DNA of 64,000 nt from Candidatus Krumholzibacteriia bacterium (GTDB lineage Bacteria > Krumholzibacteriota > Krumholzibacteriia > Krumholzibacteriales > Krumholzibacteriaceae). Where the stretch lies: the NCBI GenBank assembly GCA_963836185.1, contig CAWIIQ010000002.1:330144-394143 (forward strand), written 5' to 3'. The first letter of the stretch is position 1, and every line of letters starts with the position of its first letter. Both the position numbers and the translations under genes were made by a program. Below are positions 31,001-39,157 of this stretch, one piece after another. The notes under the pieces were generated by a model. The model worked only from the letters and a program-made list of their open reading frames with translations, did no database searches and was not told where the DNA came from.

Positions 31001-33873
31001 CTACGATCACCGGGTTCCAGAAGAACGCTATGGCGCTGAACGCGGAGCGAACGACACCTCTCGCCGTCGATGTGCGAGACAACATTATTACCGGTGCCGG
31101 AGAGACCGGCGTTACGGCCCAGAACGGTATCCAGGTCTCGGCGGCCCTTGGTACCGGCGATATCGAAGACAATGTGATATCGGGAATCGCTTACAACGGC
31201 GGCAGCTGGGTCGCTACCTCGATCCTCAGCTACTACGGCGTTCACGCGATAGACGGCAACACGATCACCGGTTCCCATATGGGAATCTATAATATCGATG
31301 GAGCGGGAACGATCTCGGGGAACGATGTCGAGGTCGAAATGATCGGTGGTTACTGCTGGGGTATCGTTGCCAGCGATCCACCGAAACTGAAGCCATCTCC
31401 GTTCGTCGAAGAAGAGGCTCCGCTGACCTCGGGCAGGGATATGCTCAAGGCCCCGCTAGCCGTTCTCGACGTAGATGTCATTGGCAACACGGTGACGAAT
31501 GTCGGAACGACTGTCGCAGGCACATACGGCATCGAGGCCGACGCCGGATACGGTCCCGACGACCTCGACATCACGATCAGTTACAACACTGTCTGTAACT
31601 TCGAGGCCGCGATCGAGTTCTGGGTCTGCCAGAGCACCTGCGACACGGGTGTCTTCACCAGCGCTGTGGCCAACTACAACTATATAGGCTGCGGCAATAC
31701 GTACGGTATCCGCTCTAACGCCGATTATCTCATGGTAGACGGCACGAACAACTGGTGGGGCGACGCATCCGGGCCTTATCACGCCACGCTCAATCCGACC
31801 GGTACGGGAGACGCTGTCTCCGATTACGTCGACTTTGATCCGTGGCTGGGTGCTCCCAACCAGCTCAGCGTAGTGCCGGCCTACGGCACGACGAACTGTC
31901 TCGATCCGATCACCTACACCTTCTGGCTCGACCATGTCGGTGTGGATGAGGTACGCGGAATCGACGTGACCTTCCAGGTCGACGGCGCGGTAGTGTCGGT
32001 CGGCAACGTATCGACTGATATCGTCGAAGGATCGTACCTGCCCGGAATCGGCGGGACGACCTTCTTCGCTCTCGACAATGGCGGCGGAGAGTATCAGATC
32101 AGCACGTCGATCCTCGGCGGGACCACCGGCGCCACAGGTTCCGGCGATCTCTTCACGGTAGTATTCACGCCTGTGGCCGAGGGACTCAGCGCGATCACGA
32201 TCACCGACCTCAAGGTCCGTGACGTGAACAACGTGCCTCTCAGCGTGGCGATGGTCGACGGAGAGGTCCGCATCGACTGCACCGGGCCGACGATGGAGCC
32301 GATCGCCGAGGCGGAGGGCGTCTGCTACAACGTGGCGCCCACATTCGCGAACTTCGGATTCGACGATGACCAGGCGCTCGACTGGGCCGAGTACCAGATC
32401 GACGCGGATGGATGGGTCACGATATTCACCGGCATCGATGTGCCCGAGTGGAACGACGACGGCTGGGCGCTGCCCGGCTTCGCCGGACTCTCGGAAGGGA
32501 GCCACACCGTTTACTTCCGCGTGGCAGACATGGCGGGGAACGAGAACGGAGAGGGCACCCCTGATACGTACAGCTGGTCGTTTATCAAGGATACCGTGCC
32601 GCCGGCGGCGCCTTCCGGATTCTCGGCGATGCCGGGCCACAACAAGGTCCATCTCGCCTGGACGAATCCCACGGGCGACGCTTCGTTCGTCGGCGTGGAG
32701 ATCAGGCTCGTCGCATGGGGCGACTATCCCCAGTATATCACCGCGCCTTCGTACCCCGCCGATCATCTCGGCGGAACGTTCGTCACGCAGGTGCCCGGTG
32801 AGTCGTTCGACGACGATCCGCGCGCACCGCGCGACATCTATTACTACGCGGCATTCTCGTACGACTGCGCCGGCAACTACTCGGTCTTCGACGCAGGAGC
32901 GGCGGACAGGTCGACGAGCTACTGGCTCGGCGACATCTTCGCCGGGTATGACGGCCTCGTCAACTTCAACGATCTCGGAGATTTCTCCAACGCGTTCGGC
33001 TCTACAGAGGGCGGAGGCGGAGGATGGATCGCCGAGGCGGACTTCGGGCCGACCGACGACTGGTCGAGGTTCGGAATACCTCTGCCCGACGACGCGATCG
33101 ACTTCGAGGACCTGATGATCTTCTCGATGAACTACGGCAACGTGGATCCCCTGGGATTCGACTTCGTGCCTGAGGAGAGATCGACGGAGAACCTCGAGAA
33201 CATGGTCGCCTTCGATCTCGTTCCCACGACTACCGATGCGGGAACGATCGTCTCGATCATGATGAGCAGCCGCGCCTCGACACTGAAGGGCGCGAGGCTG
33301 GTCATCGAGACTGGCGACGGATGCGAGATCGTAAATATCTCGAAGGGTGACGCTGTCGCCACGCGCGGCGATGTCTTCTTCGGGACTATCCCCTCGTTCG
33401 GCGGCATGGAGGTCTGCCTCTCGGCGCTCGGCGTCGACAAGCCTCTTGCAGGCTCCGGCGAGGTCGCGAAGATACTCGTAAAGAGTGAAGGTTCGATAAA
33501 CGTCTCGCTCGCCGAGGCCGATATCAGGGATATCGAGAACAGGCAGTTCGTTCTCGAGGGGACCGGCAGTTATGAAGGCCCCGAGGTCCCGATAGCCGAC
33601 GCGCTTAACCAGAACTTCCCGAACCCGTTCAACCCGGCGACAACGGTCGCCTTTGACCTGGCGAAGCCCGCTTCGGTCAGGATAGGGATCTACGACGTCT
33701 CGGGACGCCTGGTAAGGACGCTTATCGACAGAAGCATGGAGGCCGGGAGTCACGAGGTCGGCTGGAACGGTACGAACAATATGGGTACCGGTGTTCCCAG
33801 CGGCATGTACTTCTACAGGATGACGACATCCGACGGCTTCACGGCTACAAGGAAGATGATCCTGCTGAGGTAG
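28018..33873 (+). CDS. Large secreted multidomain protein: parallel beta-helix repeats, cohesin-like, FN3, dockerin-like, FlgD-Ig/T9SS CTD (1951 aa)
   Basis: Signal peptide. LNVPGDYATVQAAIDAA..GD.I.IAAGT pectin-lyase-fold start. NWWG/DYTPWL modules. Cohesin-like ~31858-32280. Dockerin-like 32923-33137. C-terminus LNQNFPNPFNP...WNG...SGMYFYR...KMILLR. Confidence 0.85.
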   Translation: MKRLALVSALCLLVCFSLTAGSKAATLNVPGDYATVQAAIDAAVAGDEIVIAAGTWTENITINKTLTLKGAQAGIDARGRTGSETILTCASGHLVTVAAVDVVLDGLTMTGTAAAGRLGNCDSHGSGFEMRNCVMDGVAQRGFWFNVTSPDIVLEYNVFDAALWTDSYSVAHFDGSDVFNDLYIGNNEFTGGSIFAGNVTFNSSGFQLVDNLFDGCSMNLASAFENATVSGNIFRNNGYTNMQAAFKNSTISYNQFEATGPSPYAGYPSACLQLYGTDYGLASTNVTIEGNTFEFNGSAAPADPANGIRFRAGLDASTITVRDNAFIDGGAQATALAVRHQGTGDADASGNWWGSNDPAGVNALANGGTLVDYTPWLDTGTDNRPGIGFEGDFSALHVDDDSPQTGIVGIAQEGIDLVDGSTVYIHDGTYEEQLDIGKDLVLQGDGLGTEILSPDLLALSWATSKDYRAIIYIHDADAEIRDITLNGAGKGNANTGFLGVGFRNAGGGIYDCDILDIRNTPFSGAQYGVGISSWNDDLTSRSIDVHGCTLTGFQKNAMALNADVTTGLAVDVRGNTITGAGATTVTAQNGVQVYGDIATGTIADNVISGIAYDNTADVTKWVATSILNYYADVDITGNTITAAHMGIYNIDGAGLISENDLTIEKIGVYAFGIIGSDPPKAVPSPAGMDDMPVGSSRPFDGAPLALLDVDILDNVVTFTGPDNTATFGIEVDAGWGPNDLDATINGNIVTGFEVGIEVYTCESGCAAGIFTAVDARFNGLFSNTLAVRSNVDTITVDASGNWLGSNVPAALIAGTLDYTPWLDVGTDMSTDIGFQGDFSALHVDDDSPQTGLVGIVQEGIDMVDGSTVYIHDGTYEEQLEITSDLVLQGDGAGTVILSPDALPLFFTTGTLNNYPVVYIHDTDDVEINDLTVDGAGKGNANYRFLGIGYRNAGGGVYDCSILGIMDTPFSGAQHGVAMYLYNDDLTTRSIDVHGTTITGFQKNAMALNAERTTPLAVDVRDNIITGAGETGVTAQNGIQVSAALGTGDIEDNVISGIAYNGGSWVATSILSYYGVHAIDGNTITGSHMGIYNIDGAGTISGNDVEVEMIGGYCWGIVASDPPKLKPSPFVEEEAPLTSGRDMLKAPLAVLDVDVIGNTVTNVGTTVAGTYGIEADAGYGPDDLDITISYNTVCNFEAAIEFWVCQSTCDTGVFTSAVANYNYIGCGNTYGIRSNADYLMVDGTNNWWGDASGPYHATLNPTGTGDAVSDYVDFDPWLGAPNQLSVVPAYGTTNCLDPITYTFWLDHVGVDEVRGIDVTFQVDGAVVSVGNVSTDIVEGSYLPGIGGTTFFALDNGGGEYQISTSILGGTTGATGSGDLFTVVFTPVAEGLSAITITDLKVRDVNNVPLSVAMVDGEVRIDCTGPTMEPIAEAEGVCYNVAPTFANFGFDDDQALDWAEYQIDADGWVTIFTGIDVPEWNDDGWALPGFAGLSEGSHTVYFRVADMAGNENGEGTPDTYSWSFIKDTVPPAAPSGFSAMPGHNKVHLAWTNPTGDASFVGVEIRLVAWGDYPQYITAPSYPADHLGGTFVTQVPGESFDDDPRAPRDIYYYAAFSYDCAGNYSVFDAGAADRSTSYWLGDIFAGYDGLVNFNDLGDFSNAFGSTEGGGGGWIAEADFGPTDDWSRFGIPLPDDAIDFEDLMIFSMNYGNVDPLGFDFVPEERSTENLENMVAFDLVPTTTDAGTIVSIMMSSRASTLKGARLVIETGDGCEIVNISKGDAVATRGDVFFGTIPSFGGMEVCLSALGVDKPLAGSGEVAKILVKSEGSINVSLAEADIRDIENRQFVLEGTGSYEGPEVPIADALNQNFPNPFNPATTVAFDLAKPASVRIGIYDVSGRLVRTLIDRSMEAGSHEVGWNGTNNMGTGVPSGMYFYRMTTSDGFTATRKMILLR
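29131..31850 (+). repeat. Intragenic tandem duplication of a ~445-aa beta-helix module
   Basis: DYTPWLD.GTD...IGF.GDFSALHVDDDSPQTG.VGI.QEGID.VDGSTVYIHDGTYEEQL at 29131 and 30466 (1335 nt apart). The end motif DFDPWL recurs at 31831. Confidence 0.9.
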
Positions 33874-33884
33874 TACCTCAGGAT

Positions 33885-33920
33885 CGGTGCGGGGAGCGGC
33901 CGTTCCGTTTCCCCGCACCG
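33885..33920 (+). terminator. Stem-loop after the large secreted protein
   Basis: Perfect 11-bp stem CGGTGCGGGGA/TCCCCGCACCG. No U-tract. Confidence 0.45.
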
Positions 33921-33941
33921 GTGATCTTCATGGAGAAAAGA

Positions 33942-34771
33942 TTGAAAAGACTGAAGTCAATGATCAGCAGCAGGGCAGGGGCCGCAACGGCGGCCCTCGC
34001 CCTCTGTCTGCTCTTTCCGGCACCTGCCGCGGCGCAGACCATTTCCGTATGGGTCGAACCGGCGGAGACGAGGGTCGCACCGGGCGAATTCTGTACGCTG
34101 TATGTCCATGTCGACGATCAGGTCGATTCGCTGAGTTGCGCGGAATGCTGTCTCGGATTCGATTCGACGGTCGTATCCTTTGTTTCCGCCCGCCAGGGGC
34201 AGCTCTACGACGAGGCGCCTTTCCCGAAGTTCTTCGACCTCGACGAGCCGTCGGCGGATTCGGTCCTGGCCACCGTCTGCGTACTGGGATACCGCTCTTA
34301 TATCATCGCTCCGGGGAGTATCTTCGAGGTAAGGTTCGAGGCGCTCTCTCCCGGGGTGACCGATGTGGAGATCGGGCGCATCTCGGTGCTCGACATCGAC
34401 AGGGTCCCGCTCAGACGAGGAAGTCGGGCAGGCTGGAAGGATAATCGTCACGACACAGACTGGCGGCACGGTCCCGCCGGCGGAGGAGGGAAGGCTGTCC
34501 AACTTTCCCAACCCGTTCAATCCGGTCACGACGATAGTACTCGAGCTTCCAGGCGGAAGCGGGGATCGACTCTCTACGGATATCAGGATATACGACGCGT
34601 CAGGCAGGACCGGTGCGCAGCCTTTTCAGCGGCGCGGCTCCCGCCGGGCGCAGCGAATTTCAATGGGACGGTATGAGCGACTCCGGCTCGGCCGTAAGTT
34701 CCGGTCTGTACATGGCGGTCTCGAGGACCGGGACGCTGAGGCTGGAGAGAAAACTGGTACTTATACGTTAG
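33942..34771 (+). CDS. Secreted cohesin-like domain protein with FlgD-Ig/T9SS CTD (two frameshifts near 34413 and 34609)
   Basis: Signal peptide PAAA|Q. Cohesin-like V.P...V.PGE....V.V, FD..V..F, G.IF.V.F.A..PG. Corrected frames give NFPNPFNPVTTI...IYDASGR.VRSL...WDG.SDSGSAVSSGLY...KLVLIR-stop at 34769-34771. Confidence 0.75.
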
Positions 34772-34786
34772 GATCGGGAGAAGACT

Positions 34787-35332
34787 ATGACACTTATGAG
34801 ATACAACGTCCTTCTGGCAGCCGTGGCGCTGCTCGCGATGGCTTCAAGCCCCGCCATGGCCGATGAACTGTATTTCTCGCCGGCAGACACGATGATCTGG
34901 GACTACGCTCCCTTTCCCGTTCATGTCATGATCGATGACGTAGACAGTCTCATGGGCTGGGATATATCGGTATCGTTGACCGGGAATCCCTGCGTGAAGA
35001 TACTGGGTGTCATCGAAGGCTCCCTTCCAGGCAGTAACGGCGACGAGACATTCTTCTACTGGCTCGATCAGTTGAACCCCGGCTCCATCCATGTGAACGG
35101 ATCTGTCCTCGGTACAGTCGTCGACGGCCCCGGAATCCTCTTTACGATATACTTTCAGGCTCTTCTGCCGGGTGTAGCATGGCTCGACTTCACAGACTCC
35201 GAGCTGCGCAACGGCGTCAACAGCAGCCTGGCACATGTCAGCGACAAGCGGGCGCGCATCGAGGTCCTCGAAGCGATAGCCACGGAGGAAACGACCTGGG
35301 GAGCGATAAAGTCGGTCTGCCGCGATCGATGA
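34787..35332 (+). CDS. Secreted stand-alone cohesin-like protein with C-terminal TEETTWGAIK motif
   Basis: Signal peptide PAMA|D. LYFSP, F.V.V.IDDVDSL.G.D, EGSL, G.G.LFTI.F.A..PG...L.F..SELRN..N pattern typical of cohesin-like beta-sandwiches. Confidence 0.75.
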   Translation: MTLMRYNVLLAAVALLAMASSPAMADELYFSPADTMIWDYAPFPVHVMIDDVDSLMGWDISVSLTGNPCVKILGVIEGSLPGSNGDETFFYWLDQLNPGSIHVNGSVLGTVVDGPGILFTIYFQALLPGVAWLDFTDSELRNGVNSSLAHVSDKRARIEVLEAIATEETTWGAIKSVCRDR

Positions 35333-35380
35333 CAGCGCCGGGGAACCGATTTATCCGGCATTTCCGGCGCCCCTTCCATG

Positions 35381-35409
35381 TTGACCTGCCACGGGTCATT
35401 TGCTAACTT
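35381..35409 (+). promoter_or_regulatory. Putative sigma70 promoter for the TPR-uvrA-gcv-opp block
   Basis: TTGACC -N17- TAACTT with extended TG. Confidence 0.45.
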
Positions 35410-35477
35410 CCTAATGCTGTTTTTTTTAAAAAAGTTTTTTAAGCTGCGCCTTCCTATATATACCGGGAGGAATTTCT

Positions 35478-38400
35478 TTGAATATCCATTCCAGGACACG
35501 CAGGGGTGTCTCTATCGCGGCCCTGGCCGCGTTCGCTGCCGTTCTCGCCGCCGGAATCTCCATGGCGGGGGAGAACGAGGATCTCCGTTTCGCGAAAAGG
35601 CTGCAGGGTGACAGGATGTTCGTCGCCGCGGCGGAGGAGTTTCTACGGTTCTCCGAGAAATACCCGGCCAGCACACTTCGAGCCTCGGCCCTCTTCTCGG
35701 CCGGCGAATGCTGGATGCAGGCAGGGAGGGCGAACGACGCCCTGGCATCATTCGAAAGACTTCTGTCCGATTACCCCGATGACGTGAACGCCTGCAAGGC
35801 GAGGTACTATCGCGGCACCATACTCAAGGCCCTGAAGAAGTTCAGGGAGGCTGCCGATGAGCTGATGATGATACCGGAAGCTTCGGGAGGTTGTCCCCTC
35901 GAGGGGAAAGCCCTTCTCGAGGCGGGGGAATGTCTTGTCGCAGCCGGCGATCCGCGCGAAGCGGTGACTGTCCTGAGACGTGTCTCCGACCCGGCGAGGT
36001 ATCCCGACCAGGCATCGAGAGCGGGGTACAGCCTCGCGGTCGCGCTCGAGAGATCGGGCAGGGATCTCGAAGCGGAGAAGATACTGAAGGAAACGGTCGA
36101 CAAGTATCCGAAGTCGCCGGTGGCCGCCCTTTCGATGATGAAGCTCGGCGACAGGTCCCTGGCCAGGGGTGAATATGACGAGGCCGCCCGGTATTTCAGG
36201 CAGGCGGCGGAAGACTACGAGGAGGATTCCCTCCGCGAAAAGGCGATGTCGAAGCTGCTCGAAGCGGCTGAAGGGGCGGGGGATAAGGAAACGGTCCTGA
36301 AGACATCCGAAGAATACCTCAAACTCTTCCCCGACGGCGCGGGCAGGCCCCGGGCCTATGAGCTCGGGATATTAGCCGCCAGGGAGACCGGAGACCGTGA
36401 CAGGGCGATATCGATGATCGATTCGTGGCGGTCCGAAGAGGGGTACTCCGACCCGGAGGGAGAGTTCAGCCTGGTGAGGGCATCTCTCCTCGAGGAAAAA
36501 GGAAAGACTGAAGATGCCCTTGCAGAGCTTGCATGGTTCAGGCGCTCATATCCAGCCTCAGGATTTCTCGTCGACGCTCTCCTTCTTGAAGGGCGCCTCC
36601 TTGAAAAATCTAAAAAATATGAAGATGCCCTGCACCGCTATAATGTCGCGCTGGCTGAGGGAGCCTCCGGCGAAGAGAAGCTCGAGACCCTCGATCGCCT
36701 GGCGGAGATATCGGTCGTCCAGGAAGCCGATACCCTTTCCGCATTGAGATACTGGTCGATGATCGCCTCGGCTGACCGGGGCGGAGAAAAGGGTGAGGAG
36801 GCGCTCTGGCGCTCGGCAGGGGTAAGGGAGGCGGCGGGCGATATGCGTGGCGCGGCTGCCGATCTTCGCAGGATAGAGAAGGAATATACAGGCGGCAGAT
36901 ATGCCGTCGAGGCCGCTGAGAAAGCGGGCAGGATCGAGCTGCTTGCCGGCCCGGGTGGAGACGCTGAAGGAGCGCTCGCCCGTCTCGCTGTCGATGCCTC
37001 CATCACCGGCGGGGCGCGATATCTCGAGGCTGGAAGGATCCTCCTCGAGGAGGCGGGAAGGTTCAGGGAGGCTGCCGTATATCTCGAGAGGGCGATCGGG
37101 TCCGATCTGCCTGACGCCGAAAAGGCGAGGGCAAGGTACTATCTCGGCAATGCCCGGGCCCTCGGGTACGAGATATCTGGCGCGACAGGCAGCCCGGACG
37201 ACGGCTTGAAGAAGAGCGCGATCGATGAGTGGTGGAAGGTAGCGCGAGAGGCCCCCGGCACTGAATGGGGAGGAAAATCGCACCGCGCGTGGCTCGGATA
37301 CAGGCTCGATGAATGGGACATCAACGGGAAACTGAAGAGGCTCAACGAGTTTCTCGGCTATTACGGTTCGGACGGCGGGCACTACTGGTGGGCGCAGGAG
37401 AAGAAGCTCGAGAGTCTTTACGACGCCGCTCCAGGAAGGGACAACTGGGCGGCAGACAGCGCGCTGACGATCGCGGGGCTGTTCCTTGACAATACCTCGC
37501 CGAAGGATGGAAAGAAGGAGGCTCTTCTCAGGTCGGGTTACCTCTACCGGATGACCGGTGATACGGAAAGAGCCGAATCGGCGCTCGCTTCGTTCGCGCG
37601 GACTTATCCTGACGATTACAGGACCGCGTCGGTCTATTACGATCTCGGCGAGACAAGGCTCAAGAGAAAAGATTACGCGAAGGCGCTCGAGGCCTACCAG
37701 TCATGCCTGACGAGGGATCCCCCGAGGAATCTCGCGGGCAGGTGCCTGCTCCGCTCGGGAGACTGCCTCTACTATACGCACGAATATGCTGGGGCTGCGG
37801 GGAAATACGCCGCCCTCGCGAGCCACGATCCTCCGACCGGGCTCGAAGACGAGGCGTCTTACAGGCAGGCCCTCGCCCTGAGGCAGGCCGGGAGGGGGGA
37901 CGAGGCCGATGCTATACTCGGTTCCCTTTTCAAACGCGAAGATCTGCCCGCCGGGTTGCGGGCGCGGGTCCTCGAACTCACCGGCCGCCGGATGATCGAT
38001 ACGGGAGACTACGCATCGGCACGCGGAGTCTTCGAGGAACTCTGCAGCGCCCGCAAGAGTCCGGGTCCGCTGACGCTGCTCGGTGAGACGCTTCTCGAAC
38101 TCGATCAGACGAAAGAGGCGGCCAGGCGTTTCGATGAGGCGATCAAGCTCGAGGGTGCCGACACCTGCCGTATACTCTCCGGGAGGTCGAGGTCGTACTT
38201 CGCCGCCGGTGACGACGAAGAAGGGAAACCGCGATCTCGACGAGATGACAAGGCTCTGCCCCGGCTATCCCGGGACCGCGCTCGCCCTTCTGGCGCGCGG
38301 CGAATCGGCTGTCGAGGCGGGAGACTGCGAGGGTGCTGTCGCGACCCTCGAATACCTTCGTGAGCACTATGCCGGGACCGATGCGGCGGCGGGCGCCCTC

Positions 38401-39126
38401 TACCAGCTCGCTCTCTGCGATGTGCGCAGGGGAGGGTATGCCGAGGCGATAGAGAAGCTCGGGTTATTCCTGCGGGAGTCACCCGAATCTCCCCTGACCG
38501 GCCAGGTCTATTTCAAACTGGCCACGGCACACTACGCCTCGGGGAGCAGGAATCTCGCCGCGGTGAATTATGCGCTTGCCGCTGAATCGACGGCCGACCG
38601 CGACACGAAATTCACAGCGTTGTCGAACCAGGCCCGTGTCTACCAGGAACTCGAGGAATGGGGGAAAGCGGGCGATGTCTGGAAAGATGTGACCGGGCAG
38701 TTCCCCGAGAGGGATGACATCGTGGAGATATTCTTCAACCTCGGATTCTGCTACAGCCAGTCGGGTGACTTCGAGCTGGCCTGGGAGGTGTACCGCAGGA
38801 TACCGGCTGTCGCGCTGAACGAGGAACAGCAGGGAAGGGCCCATTACTGGGCCGGAATATCACTAAAATATCTCAACCGCTGCGAAGAAGCGATCCGAGA
38901 GTTTCTCCGTGTCCCCTACCTGAGGACGGGAGGGATGTGGGGGGTCACCTCCAAGCTCGAGGCGGCGGTCTGCTACGAGAAACTTGGACGCGTCGATGAG
39001 GCGAAAAGCATATACGCGCAGGTAGTCTCGGCCCACGGCGAGAAATCCGACTGGGGCTCGATGGCGAAGAAGTCCCTCGACAGGCTGGAGGCGGGAGAGC
39101 AGCAGCCGGAAAACAACGAAGAGTGA
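35478..39126 (+). CDS. Large exported tetratricopeptide-repeat protein (~1215 aa; frameshift near 38220)
   Basis: Signal peptide. Many TPR/BamD-CpoB-like repeats with 'YP.S' turns. ORFs 35478-38363 and 38083-39126 overlap in different frames. Confidence 0.8.
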
Positions 39127-39157
39127 TCAGCAGGTGACGTGCAGGAAGGGCAGCCGA

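Noticed and set aside
25833-35477. Secreted-protein cluster as a mobile genomic island
   Set aside because: No integrase, transposase, tRNA or flanking direct repeats were seen, and codon style resembles the neighbouring genes.
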